DNA of 64,000 nucleotides from an uncultured delta proteobacterium (GTDB lineage: Bacteria; Desulfobacterota; Binatia; UBA9968), in contig CAWDPO010000019.1 in assembly GCA_963804165.1 (NCBI GenBank), forward strand, positions 58,925-122,924. The letters run 5' to 3'. Position 1 is the first letter of the stretch; the number at the start of each line of letters is the position of its first letter. Positions 54,220-63,514 of the stretch are shown one piece after another. Below the pieces are notes generated by a model that saw only the letters and a program-made list of their open reading frames with translations, did no database searches and had not been told where the DNA came from. The translations under genes and the position numbers were made by a program.

Positions 54220-55179
54220 CCTCGCGGTTGCTATTCTCGTTATTGGTCCTATCCGTCCTATCGGTCCATTACTCCTTCGCTCAAGACCGACTCACCTTCG
54301 GCTTGACGACACGAGCCGGAAGCACCTCCCTGCCCTTCGTGATCGCCGAAGAGAAAGGCTTTTTCAAAAGCGAAGGGCTGAACGTCATCGTCGTCATCAT
54401 GCAGAATCAAGTCGTCGTCAACGGCGTGGTCACGCGCAACGTCGACTACGGCGGAACCTTCTCCAACTTCGTCGGCGCGGCGATCTCCGGGCTGCCCGTG
54501 CGCATCGTCATGTCCGCCATGGACGGGTCGGATCACTATTTAGTAACAAGTGCTAACGTCAAACGCGTCGAAGATTTGAAAGGCAAGACCTTTGGCATCA
54601 GCAGTTTCGGCGGCACGCCGCACAGCGAAGCAGTGATGATTCTGAGAAAATATGGCATGAACCCGGAGAAAGACGTGACTTTCTTGCAGATCGGCGGCAG
54701 CTCGAGCCGCTACGCGGCGCTCGAAAGCGGCTCGATCCATGCCGCGATGCTGGTGCCGCCATTCAACAACTTCGCCAAGAAGCGCGGCTTCAACCAACTC
54801 ATGTCGTTCAACGAAATCATGAGCATTCCCCTCGGCGGCATCGCCGTCCACACGCAGCAAATGAAAGAAAAACCCGATGAAATCGTCAAGATGATCAAGG
54901 CGGTGCTCAAGGCTACCGATTATATCCGCAATCGCAAACCCGATATCTTATCCCACCTGGAAGCTAAGTGGGGCATCAAGGAAGCCGACGTGCGCGAGAG
55001 CATTTACCGCGACATGGTGGGTTTATTCAGCAAGGACGGCGTGGCATCCGAAGACACCATGAAGAACGTCGTTCAATTGGTGCGCGACACGCGCAAATCC
55101 AAAGACGACAAAACGATCGGCGGATATCTTCGACTGGAGCTTCGCGAAGAAGGCGCAGGCAGAGCTAAAGATCAAATAA
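54216..55179 (+). CDS. ABC substrate-binding protein, NMT1/SsuA-like (frameshift at C-terminus)
   Basis: ATGA overlap with the upstream gene; IAEEKGFFKSEGL, DLKGKTFGISSFG; ends DIFDWSFAKKAQAELKIK*. Confidence 0.88.
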
Positions 55180-55188
55180 TCCTCGGGC

Positions 55189-55590
55189 ATGCTTCGATAC
55201 AACCCACGACTCAAAGACCGAGCCCGTTCACTACGAGCGAACCTAACCGATGCGGAGCAGCGCCTGTGGGCTCGATTGCGTCGAAAGCAACTTCTCGGCG
55301 TACAGTTCTACAGACAAAAGCCAATCGGCTACTACATCGCTGATTTCTATGCACCCATCGCCCGACTGATTGTTGAGGTAGACGGCTCGCAACACTCCGA
55401 CCTCGCGCAAGCCGAACATGACAAGCGCCGCACGGTATACTTCAAGGAAATTGGCTTACGAGTACTGCGCTTCAACGATCGGGAAGTCTTGCTGGAGATC
55501 GATTCCGTAGTCGCAGAGATCTTTCGGGCCGTAGAGGAAAATCCCCCTCAATCTCCCTTTTACAAAAGGGGGAGATCGCTCACACCCTAA
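55189..55590 (+). CDS. DUF559 / Vsr-like PD-(D/E)xK endonuclease
   Basis: ARSLRANLTDAEQRLW..LR, FYRQKPIG.YIADFY, LIVEVDGSQH, GLRVLRF. Confidence 0.92.
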   Translation: MLRYNPRLKDRARSLRANLTDAEQRLWARLRRKQLLGVQFYRQKPIGYYIADFYAPIARLIVEVDGSQHSDLAQAEHDKRRTVYFKEIGLRVLRFNDREVLLEIDSVVAEIFRAVEENPPQSPFYKRGRSLTP

Positions 55591-55641
55591 TTCCGCGGTT
55601 CTGTATTACCCCTCTTTGAAAAAGAGGGGAAAGGGAGATTT
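55538..55641. repeat. Palindrome doublet at the DUF559 3' end, homologous to the MITE core
   Basis: AAATCCCCCTC..CCCTTTTACAAAAGGGGG ... CCCCTCTTTGAAAAAGAGGGGAAAGGGAGATTT. Confidence 0.85.
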
Positions 55642-55668
55642 GTATTCGCCGGCCCCGCGCAGTTTCTC

Positions 55669-56649
55669 TTAGCTGCCCAGCTTTTTAAAGAACCCTTCCT
55701 TGTCCAATTCATCCATCAAAGAGTGGTCGAGGAATTCTTCCGGCTTGCGGTTTTTGAAGTCGGGATTCTGCTCGGCATAGAAGTTGATCGTGTCGCGCAC
55801 GCCCTCCAAGTTCACCCTCGGTGGGAAGGAAAATCGCGGCGCGAAATATTCATAGGTCGTGCGCACGGTTTCCGGATCGTCGATGCGCATGCGATGGGCG
55901 AAGACTTTCATGGTTCGAACTCGGTCGGTTTTGATCACGTGGATCGCTTCGGCGTACCCGCGCAGGAAGCGCTTCACCCGATCGCGATTTTCTTTTAACG
56001 CGCTGCCCTTCACGTATAACGAAGACTGCGTGAAGTTCGTGCTCATGTCGCCCATGTCCGCCAAGATGCGATAGCCCGCTTTGGCCACGATGGTCAGGTG
56101 CGGCGGCGAAAGAATCGTCGCGTCGATGCGTCCCGCCATGAGTGCGCCCATGCGAGTAGGCGCGTCGCCGCCGATGATCACCTGGACATCGGAATGCTTC
56201 AAGCCCCACTCTTTGAGCGCCAATTGCAGCGCGAGATCGTTGGAGCCGCCGTAGTTGAGGATATTGATCCGTTTGCCGCGCAGATCCTTGGGACTGCGGA
56301 TCTCGGGTTTGACGACGAACGCATAGGGAAACTTGTTGTAAGACGCGGCGATGACCTTGATGTCCGAGCCTCTGACAGCGGCGGCCAGCGGCCCCGTCGC
56401 CGATCCGGTCGAGAAATGGGTGCTATTCCCCAGCAAGGCAGCGACCGACCGTGCCGCTCCGGTGATCATGACGATTTCGACGTCCAGACCATGCTTTTGG
56501 AAAATACCCAAGTCCCGGCCGATCCACGTCGCGCTCTGAAAACCGGCGTGGCCGCCGTAATCCGCTATGAGCTTCTCGGCGGCATCTGCACTGGGCACGG
56601 CTAAGCACCATAAGGCAGTTAGAAAAAATATCTTTGCAGATCGCGTCAT
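55669..56649 (-). CDS. ABC substrate-binding protein, NMT1/SsuA-like
   Basis: GIFQKHGLDVE, DLRGKRI, PEEFLDHSLMDELDKEGFF. Confidence 0.9.
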   Translation of the reverse strand: MTRSAKIFFLTALWCLAVPSADAAEKLIADYGGHAGFQSATWIGRDLGIFQKHGLDVEIVMITGAARSVAALLGNSTHFSTGSATGPLAAAVRGSDIKVIAASYNKFPYAFVVKPEIRSPKDLRGKRINILNYGGSNDLALQLALKEWGLKHSDVQVIIGGDAPTRMGALMAGRIDATILSPPHLTIVAKAGYRILADMGDMSTNFTQSSLYVKGSALKENRDRVKRFLRGYAEAIHVIKTDRVRTMKVFAHRMRIDDPETVRTTYEYFAPRFSFPPRVNLEGVRDTINFYAEQNPDFKNRKPEEFLDHSLMDELDKEGFFKKLGS

Positions 56650-56855
56650 TATTATTGTCTCCTCAAGCCGATGCAGATCTAACAATGTATAGGGATTAGG
56701 AGTCCGCGTGCACGCGATAGTAAAGATCTGATGAACTTCGGTCAAGAGAACAGCAAATCTGGCTGCAGAATTACTATCCGCGATGTCACTCCGAAACGAA
56801 CGAGTGGGGGAGATCCTAATGCACGCTCACCACACCAGTACCGGCGCTTTTCTAC

Positions 56856-57170
56856 TCAGTCACTGCCGTAGCGCCGCCGTCGCTCGCGAATTAAATCCGC
56901 TCGCTGGCGCAGGACTTCTTCTCTGCCCAAAGGATCGTAATCGCAGGGTCCGTAGAAGTCGCGGATATCGCCGTCACTTGGATCTTTCAGTACCGGACGA
57001 TTGGAAAAAAGCGTATCTTCCCGAATCGTCGGGAACTTCAAATGGCAATAGCCCCCGGCAGCGTCAGGAGCTTTGTAAATAACACCTTGAGCCGCCTCTA
57101 CGGAGGAAGCCATCGACAAAAAGATTTCCACCAAACATAGTAACGCGCCAAGCGCTCTGAGCCGAACCAT
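56856..57170 (-). CDS. Small exported hypothetical protein with Cys pair
   Basis: GGAGG RBS, signal peptide, YCHLKFP..DFYGPCDYDPLG. Confidence 0.7.
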   Translation of the reverse strand: MVRLRALGALLCLVEIFLSMASSVEAAQGVIYKAPDAAGGYCHLKFPTIREDTLFSNRPVLKDPSDGDIRDFYGPCDYDPLGREEVLRQRADLIRERRRRYGSD

Positions 57171-57286
57171 ACATTTCCCTCCTGTCGGATTTTTTTGGCC
57201 ATTGGCCAAGACCCTATTCATGAGACTAATGCAATCAAATTCGCAAATTTAACATTCTCTTTCGCGTTGCCGTTTACGCTTCACGC

Positions 57287-58279
57287 TTATCGAATTACTC
57301 TGTCCGCCCGATACAGCAAGGACTGCGGAATCGTCAGACTAACCTGCTTAGCCGTTTTAAGATTGAACGCCAGCTCAAATTTCGTGGGCTGCTGCACCGG
57401 CAGATCGGTGGGTTTGGCTCCCTTGAGGATTTTGTCTACGTAGGTGGCTACGCGCCGGTAGCCGTCCGCGAGGTCCGCGTCGTAGGACATGAGCCCGCCC
57501 GCATCTACATATTCTGTGCTGCTGCCCACCGACGGTATCCGGCTCTTTAAGGCAAAACCGACGATCCGTTTCAGGTTAGCAGTCATTAGCGGGCTTGAGG
57601 TCACGTACAGTCCATCCGGGCGCTCCTTGTTTATCGCCGCGAATACTTTCTCGAAGCCGTCTTTGCCTTGCACCTCCCAAGACCGAACAGTCAACCCCAG
57701 CGCACGCGCCGCGACTGGGAGAATCTCTTTTAGCTCGCGTAAACTACCCGGATTGTTCGACTCGTAGAGAACCGTGACACGGGCGATTTTGGGAACCGCT
57801 TCCTTGAGTAACTCCAGCCGCTTCCCGCCTAGTTCTCTGGAAAGGTTTGTAATACCGGTGACGTTGCCGCCGGGGCGGGCAAGGCTTTCAACATGGCCTG
57901 CCACGACAGGATCGATCCCAGCGCCCACTATAACGATGGGAATCGTCTTGGTCGCATTCTTGACCGCCCGGACCACCGGGTCCCCTCCTCCGGCCACGAT
58001 GATATCAACCTTGAGACGCACTAGCTCAGCTGCAAGCTCAGGGACCCGATCAGGTTTCCCTTTTGCAGATCGGTACTCGATGGTGATGTTCTGTCCATCG
58101 ATGTGGCCAAGCTCGCGCAGAGCCAGTCGAATTCCCTCGAAACGGGTGGTCTCTCGAGGTGTTTCGGCCAGCATTAGATAGCCGATTCGAGGGATTTTCT
58201 TCGGCTGCTGCGCCTGGGCGGGAAGGGCCGTACTCAGCAAGACAGTCGCCAGGAGCCAGACAAAGATTTTCCCGCTCAT
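57287..58279 (-). CDS. ABC substrate-binding protein, PF04392 (ABC_sub_bind)-like, array copy 4
   Basis: AQQPKKIPRIGYL, SLARPGGNVTG, KRLELLKE, GGLMSY, VDKILKGAKP. Confidence 0.92.
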   Translation of the reverse strand: MSGKIFVWLLATVLLSTALPAQAQQPKKIPRIGYLMLAETPRETTRFEGIRLALRELGHIDGQNITIEYRSAKGKPDRVPELAAELVRLKVDIIVAGGGDPVVRAVKNATKTIPIVIVGAGIDPVVAGHVESLARPGGNVTGITNLSRELGGKRLELLKEAVPKIARVTVLYESNNPGSLRELKEILPVAARALGLTVRSWEVQGKDGFEKVFAAINKERPDGLYVTSSPLMTANLKRIVGFALKSRIPSVGSSTEYVDAGGLMSYDADLADGYRRVATYVDKILKGAKPTDLPVQQPTKFELAFNLKTAKQVSLTIPQSLLYRADRVIR

Positions 58280-58332
58280 TAGTTTCGCTCCCGTGTTGTC
58301 ACCGACAACTGATAACTGACCACTTATAACTG

Positions 58333-58401
58333 TCATCTAATAACTCTGTCCGCCCTCACCGGGACATTGGGTGGAATCGTCAGGCCGATCTGCTTGGCCG
58401 T
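58333..58401 (-). pseudogene. Isolated 69-bp 3' end of a PF04392-like gene
   Basis: Translates TAKQIGLTIPPNVPVRADRVIR*, with no upstream coding continuation. Confidence 0.85.
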
Positions 58402-58409
58402 TATGTCAA

Positions 58410-58438
58410 TTGACGTTTTCACCCGATTTTGCTAAATT
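58410..58438 (+). promoter_or_regulatory. Sigma70-like promoter of the TA operon
   Basis: TTGACG-17 bp-TAAATT with an extended TG. Confidence 0.6.
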
Positions 58439-58468
58439 TACTCCAAATTGATATATCGGGTTACAAAT

Positions 58469-58714
58469 ATGGAAAACGTATTAACACTGAATCAAAAGTC
58501 GCAAATCGTCATCTCAAAAACAATCCGCAAAACCTTGGGATTAAAGCCCGGGGACCAGTTGGCCGCGGCCGTAGAGGGTAACAAGATCGTTCTACGACTG
58601 AAACCCAAGAGCTCAGCCAGCCGTTTGCGCGGTATCGGCAAAGGAACCTGGGGAAGTAAAACCAAGATCGACGCTTACCTCGATAAACTGCGCGATGAAT
58701 GGGAACGCGCTTAA
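58469..58714 (+). CDS. AbrB/MazE-like antitoxin
   Basis: TLNQKSQIVISKTIRKTLGLKPGD..IVLR; overlaps the PIN gene. Confidence 0.88.
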   Translation: MENVLTLNQKSQIVISKTIRKTLGLKPGDQLAAAVEGNKIVLRLKPKSSASRLRGIGKGTWGSKTKIDAYLDKLRDEWERA

Positions 58715-59154
58715 GTTTCGCCGGTCCATCGAAAAGCATGGAGTCGTCGGGCTCGATACCGCGCCGTTGATTTATTTCATCGAGGACGTAACGCCCTACG
58801 CCGATCTCCTCCATCCGGTATTTGATCGATTGGAAAGTCATGCCTTGGCCGCTGTGACGTCCACCATCGCTCTCGCAGAAATTCTCACCAAGCCGCTTGT
58901 CGAGAAGAACTTCACTCTCGTCGACGAGATCAAGTTCACGATAAAGACGTTCTCGACCCTTTCCATGGTCGCTATCGACGAGAAGTTGGCCGAAGCCGCG
59001 GCACTGATCCGGGCTCGTCATGCCATCCGCCTGCCGGACGCTCTGCAGATCTCCGCCGCGATTCAAGGTGAAGCCACGCTGTTCATTACCAATGACAAAC
59101 GACTTGAAAAAAGTCGACGGAGTCGAAGTGCTGGTACTGTCCGACTATCTTTGA
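58695..59154 (+). CDS. vapC: PIN-domain (VapC-like) toxin; frameshift in an A-run near 59107
   Basis: GLDTAPLIYFIE, LAEIL, RLPDALQ, FITNDKRL; likely true end KKVDGVEVLVLSDYL*. Confidence 0.88.
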
Positions 59155-59235
59155 AGTTGGCAACGACGATACTCTCGCTTCGATACGAATATATAGAAGC
59201 CACTCTCTGATACCTTACCCGTTACGCCTCGCCAC

Positions 59236-60242
59236 TCATCGAATCACTTTGTCCGCCCGCGCGAGCATGTTCGGCGGAATCGTCAGGCCGATCTGCTTCG
59301 CCGCTTTCAGGTTGATGATGAATTCAAACTTCGTCGCCTGCTGCACCGGCAAATCAGCCGGTTTGGCGCCTTTCAAGATCTTGTCCACGTAACCAGCCGC
59401 GCGCCGAAAGAGGTCAGCGTAGTCCGCCCCGTAGGACATGAGACCACCTTCATCGACAAACTCCTTCTGAACGTAAATGGCAGGCAACCGGGATTTGCCA
59501 GCAAGCTCCACGATCCGCTTTCTTTCGGCGAAAAGGCGGCGACCGGCGCTCGTCATAATCGCGCCCACCTTTTTCTGCTTTGCGGTTTGAAAGGCGCTCT
59601 CTAAACCTTTGAGATCGGGTTGAGTCGTGATCTGCTCCAATTTTAGCTTTAGTGCCTGAGCCGCAGACCTGAGCTCTTTCAGCTGGATGTCTCCTCCATC
59701 GCCGCCCGGCGTCCAGAGAAGTCCTACTCGCGTAAGTTTGGGGACCGCGTCCTTGAGTATCTCTAATCTTTTGGTGTTTAGTTCGGGGTTCAAACTCGAA
59801 AGTCCTGTGACATTGCCTCCTGGCCGCGCCAGACTGGCGACTAAACCTAGACCCACAGGATCCGGAGCGCTCGCAATCACGATGGGTGTGGTAGTCGTCG
59901 CTCTCTTCGCCTCCAACGCTGACTGCATCCCTGTAACGACGATCAGGTCAACCTTTAGACGAATCAAGTCCGCTGCAAGCTCGGGCATTCGCTCACGCTT
60001 TACGTCCGCGAATCGGTAGTCAACGGCTGATATTCTTTCCCTCGATCCATCCAAGCTTGCTCAGCTCTTGCCGGAACGCATCTACGAGGACCGCGCTACC
60101 GGAAGCAGTGCTTGGATCGAGGAAACCTATGCGGAAGATTTTCCCGGTCTGCTGCGCACAGCGGACGAGCAAAGCCCAAAGAGCATGGCGCAAAGGGTAA
60201 GACAAGATGCAGTAGGGGAATTGATGTTAGTATTGGAATCAT
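59236..60242 (-). CDS. PF04392-like substrate-binding protein, array copy 3 (frameshifts; start approximate)
   Basis: AQQTGKIFRIGFL, SLARPGGNVTG, GLTIPPNMLARADKVIR*. Confidence 0.88.
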
Positions 60243-60303
60243 TGCTGTTTATCCGGATTTTCCCAACACTCTACTGACTCCACTGATCCATCATGCCATC
60301 TGT

Positions 60304-61288
60304 TCATCTGATCACCTTGTCCGCCCTGCACCAGCACGTTGGGCGGAATCGTCAGACCGATCTGCTTTGCTGCTTTCAGATTGATGATGAACTCAAACTT
60401 CTTCGGCTGCTCCACCGGGAGATCGGCGGGCTTCGCGCCTTTCAGAATCTTGTCCACATACGTAGCGGCGCGCCGGTACAAGTCGGTAAAGCTTACGCCG
60501 TAGCTCATGAGCCCCCCGTCTTCCACCCATTCTGGCGCGTAGTATATTGCCGGTAGCCGGTTCTTTACCGTGAGTTCCGCAATCTGTTTTCGCTGAGAAT
60601 TGAGGACGAGACTGGCCAGCACTAGGACTGCTTCAGCGCGCCCCTTGCTTGCGGCGCGGAATGCACTCTCAATATCCTTAGGATCTAGTACGTCTATGGA
60701 ATGAAGGTGCACGCCGATAGTCTTGGCTGCGAGTTCCGTTTCTTTTAACGACTGTGTATTGCCGGGGTTAGTTGAACTTCCGAGAACAGCCACGCGTAAG
60801 ACCTTGGGAATGACCTCCTTCAGAAGCTCCAATCGTTTGCCGCTTATCTCAGGGGCGAGGCTGGACAGTCCCGTAATATTCCCGCCCGGCCGTGCAAGGC
60901 TGGCGACGAACCCGCTCCCAACAGGATCGTTAGCCTGGGCAATGACTATGGGAATCGTCACCGTTGCTTCCTTGGTAGCACGAGTCGGCGCCCCGCCGGA
61001 CGTGACGATCACATCTACCTTGAGACCCACTAGCTCAGCGGCAAGCGCCCCGAGGTGATCTGGTTTTCCGTCTGCATATCGCCACTCCATGACAATGTTT
61101 TTCCCCTCGACGTATCCAAACTCGCGCAGACCTTGCCGAAAGGCCTCTGTGCGGGCCAAGGAAGCTGACTGGGAGGTACCAATTAGGTATCCTATCCGCG
61201 GGACTTTCGTTGGCTGCTGCGCCTGGGCAGAAACAAAAGTTATCAGCAAGACAGTTATCAGTAACCAGAAAAGAGATTTTGAATTCAT
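60304..61288 (-). CDS. PF04392-like substrate-binding protein, array copy 2 (frameshift at the extreme 3' end)
   Basis: AQQPTKVPRIGYL, SLARPGGNITG, GLTIPPNVLV..ADKVIR*. Confidence 0.9.
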
Positions 61289-61340
61289 TGTCTTCCCACC
61301 TGTTCCTTACTGGTAACTGATCGCTGACCACTGGTAACTG

Positions 61341-62455
61341 TCATTTGATCACCTTATCCGCCCGTCCCAGCACTCTCTGCGGAATCGTCAGGCCAATCTG
61401 CTTGGCTGTCTTGAGATTGATCACCAGTTCGAACTTCGTGGGTTGCTCCACCGGCAGGTCGGCAGGCTTGGCTCCCTTGAGGATTTTGTCCACGTAATAT
61501 GCGACGCGCCGGTAGCTGTCCGCGAGGTCCGCTCCATAGAACATGAGTCCGCCGGCATCTACAGATTCTCTATTGTTGTATATCGACGGTAACCGACTCT
61601 TTAACGCAAAGCCTGCGATCTGTTTATAGTTGGCAGACACTAGCGAGCCCGCGGAGCACGTAGAGTCCATCCGGGCGCTCCTTGTTTAACGCCGCGAATG
61701 CTCGCTCGAAACCGTCCGTGCCTCGTACCTCCCAAGGCTGAATAGTCAACTTTAGCGCACGCGCTGTCACTGGAAGAACCTCCTTCACCTCGCGTACCTG
61801 GGACGTATTGGCCGGATTGTAGAGAACCGCGACACGGGCAAGGTTGGGGACCGCCTCTTTGAACAGTTCCAACCGCTTCCCGCCTAGTTCTCTGGCAAGG
61901 CTCGTAAGGCCGGTGACGTTGCCGCCGGGACGGGCAAGGCTTTCAATCAGTCCTGCCTCGACGGGATCGGACCCAGCCCGCCATAACGATGGGAATCGTC
62001 TTGGTCGCATTCTTGACATCTCGGACCGGTGTGTTCCCTCCTGCTACCACGATGATATCAACCTTGAGACGCACCAGTTGGGCCGCAAGCTCAGGAAAAC
62101 GATCGCGCTTCCCCTCCGCATATCGGTACTCGATGGCGATGCTCTGTCCTTCTATGTACCCAAGCTCGCGCAGAGCCAGCCGAAGTCCCTCGGCATCGGT
62201 GGACTCACGAGTGGGGTTCCCCGGCAATAGATACCCTATCAGAGGGATTTTCCTCGGCTGCTGCGCCTCTGCCCTCGCCCCGCACAGCGTGAGCGCGACA
62301 ACGATTGCAAAAAGCCCCGCCATTGCATTTTGGATTTTAGATTTTGGATTTTCGATTGTCGGAAGGAAACTACCCCGACTTAGCTGAGTACAGGTTTTCG
62401 ATTTCCGACTATCGGAACGGGAACACGGGAGGAGAATCCGAGATATGTCGTTCAT
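61341..62455 (-). CDS. PF04392-like substrate-binding protein, array copy 1 (frameshifts)
   Basis: ORFs 61943..62455, 61624..62019 and 61341..61670 carry consecutive family motifs. Confidence 0.88.
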
Positions 62456-62490
62456 GTATTTGACTTCCTGAATCCAAAATCCAAAATCAT

Positions 62491-63483
62491 CTAACGCTTT
62501 TTGCTCTTGTAGAGATCATCGATGAAACCACTTTCGTCGAGTTCTTTAATGAACCGCATGTCGACAAAGTCCTCAGGTTTGGCCGCCTTTGCCTTAGCGT
62601 CATTCTCCGCCAGCGGTTCTAGGATGTTTTTGATTCCCTCCAGACTGGGATATTGTTTTGGCGGAACTTTTTCATCACTGCTGATGTCATCATAGGTCCT
62701 TTCCAGAATCTCCCTGTCCGGCGAGGCGAGGTATTTCGCCAGTACCTTTATTCCTGCGTCCCGGTCCGTCTTGATGCGGTGGACGGCCTCGATCTGGGAT
62801 TTGATATACCTCCTGACGATGTCAGGACTCTCACGAATGAATGCGCGCGTGGTAGCCACGCCGACGCCCTGATAGGGCAGCCGCACGCTGACTAGAGTAT
62901 AAAAACCCTTTTTCTGGGCCGTGACGTTGTCGGGTGGGTTGAGCATAGCGGCTTGAATCCTTCCCTTCTCCAAGGCGCTCAAGCGCTCCGGGACTGTGCC
63001 GATCTGCACGATTGTGACATCTTTCCCCGGAGCCAGTCCGAGCCTCTGTAGCGCAATGCGAGAGATCGAATCGGCCTGGCCGCCAAAAGTCGCGATAGCA
63101 ATTGAGCCCCCTTTGAGCTGCTCTGCGGTCTTAATCTCGGGCCGACTCATGAGCCAGTACTCTGAGACCACATTTCCTCCAGCAATCACCACTGCATCCG
63201 CGCCCTTGAGAGCGGCACTGACGATGGGCGGACCAGACACCTGACCTATTGGGATCTCCCGTGCGACCAACGCCATGGCGGTGATGGTTCCTCCTCGGAA
63301 ATAAACGATCTGCACATCGAGGCCATTTTTGCGAAATATCCCGGCTTCTTTGGCCATCCATGCCGGCAGAGCGTTTCCGCTGATTGCGTTGTTACCCAGG
63401 GTCAATTTATTGAGTTGTGCCGAAGCGACGGAGCAAAACGAAAACGAGGTCAACAGGCTAACTGCCAAGATTGCTGCCTTCAT
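62491..63483 (-). CDS. ABC substrate-binding protein, NMT1/SsuA-like
   Basis: AAAGGAGG RBS; PAWMAKEAGIFRKNGLDV, KPEDFVDMRFIKELDESG. Confidence 0.9.
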   Translation of the reverse strand: MKAAILAVSLLTSFSFCSVASAQLNKLTLGNNAISGNALPAWMAKEAGIFRKNGLDVQIVYFRGGTITAMALVAREIPIGQVSGPPIVSAALKGADAVVIAGGNVVSEYWLMSRPEIKTAEQLKGGSIAIATFGGQADSISRIALQRLGLAPGKDVTIVQIGTVPERLSALEKGRIQAAMLNPPDNVTAQKKGFYTLVSVRLPYQGVGVATTRAFIRESPDIVRRYIKSQIEAVHRIKTDRDAGIKVLAKYLASPDREILERTYDDISSDEKVPPKQYPSLEGIKNILEPLAENDAKAKAAKPEDFVDMRFIKELDESGFIDDLYKSKKR

Positions 63484-63514
63484 TAGATCCTCCTTTACTG
63501 ATGCTGATTCACTT

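Noticed and set aside
1-62455. Frameshifts in about 20 genes read as pseudogenisation or programmed frameshifting
   Set aside because: The indels are scattered, often in homopolymers, and I noticed no accompanying in-frame stops or motif decay. Sequencing error is the simplest explanation; read polishing would decide.
57287-62455. Classical integron
   Set aside because: No tyrosine recombinase in the window and no attC-like RYYYAAC..GTTRRRY structures recognised at the junctions; only the cassette-like analogy is kept
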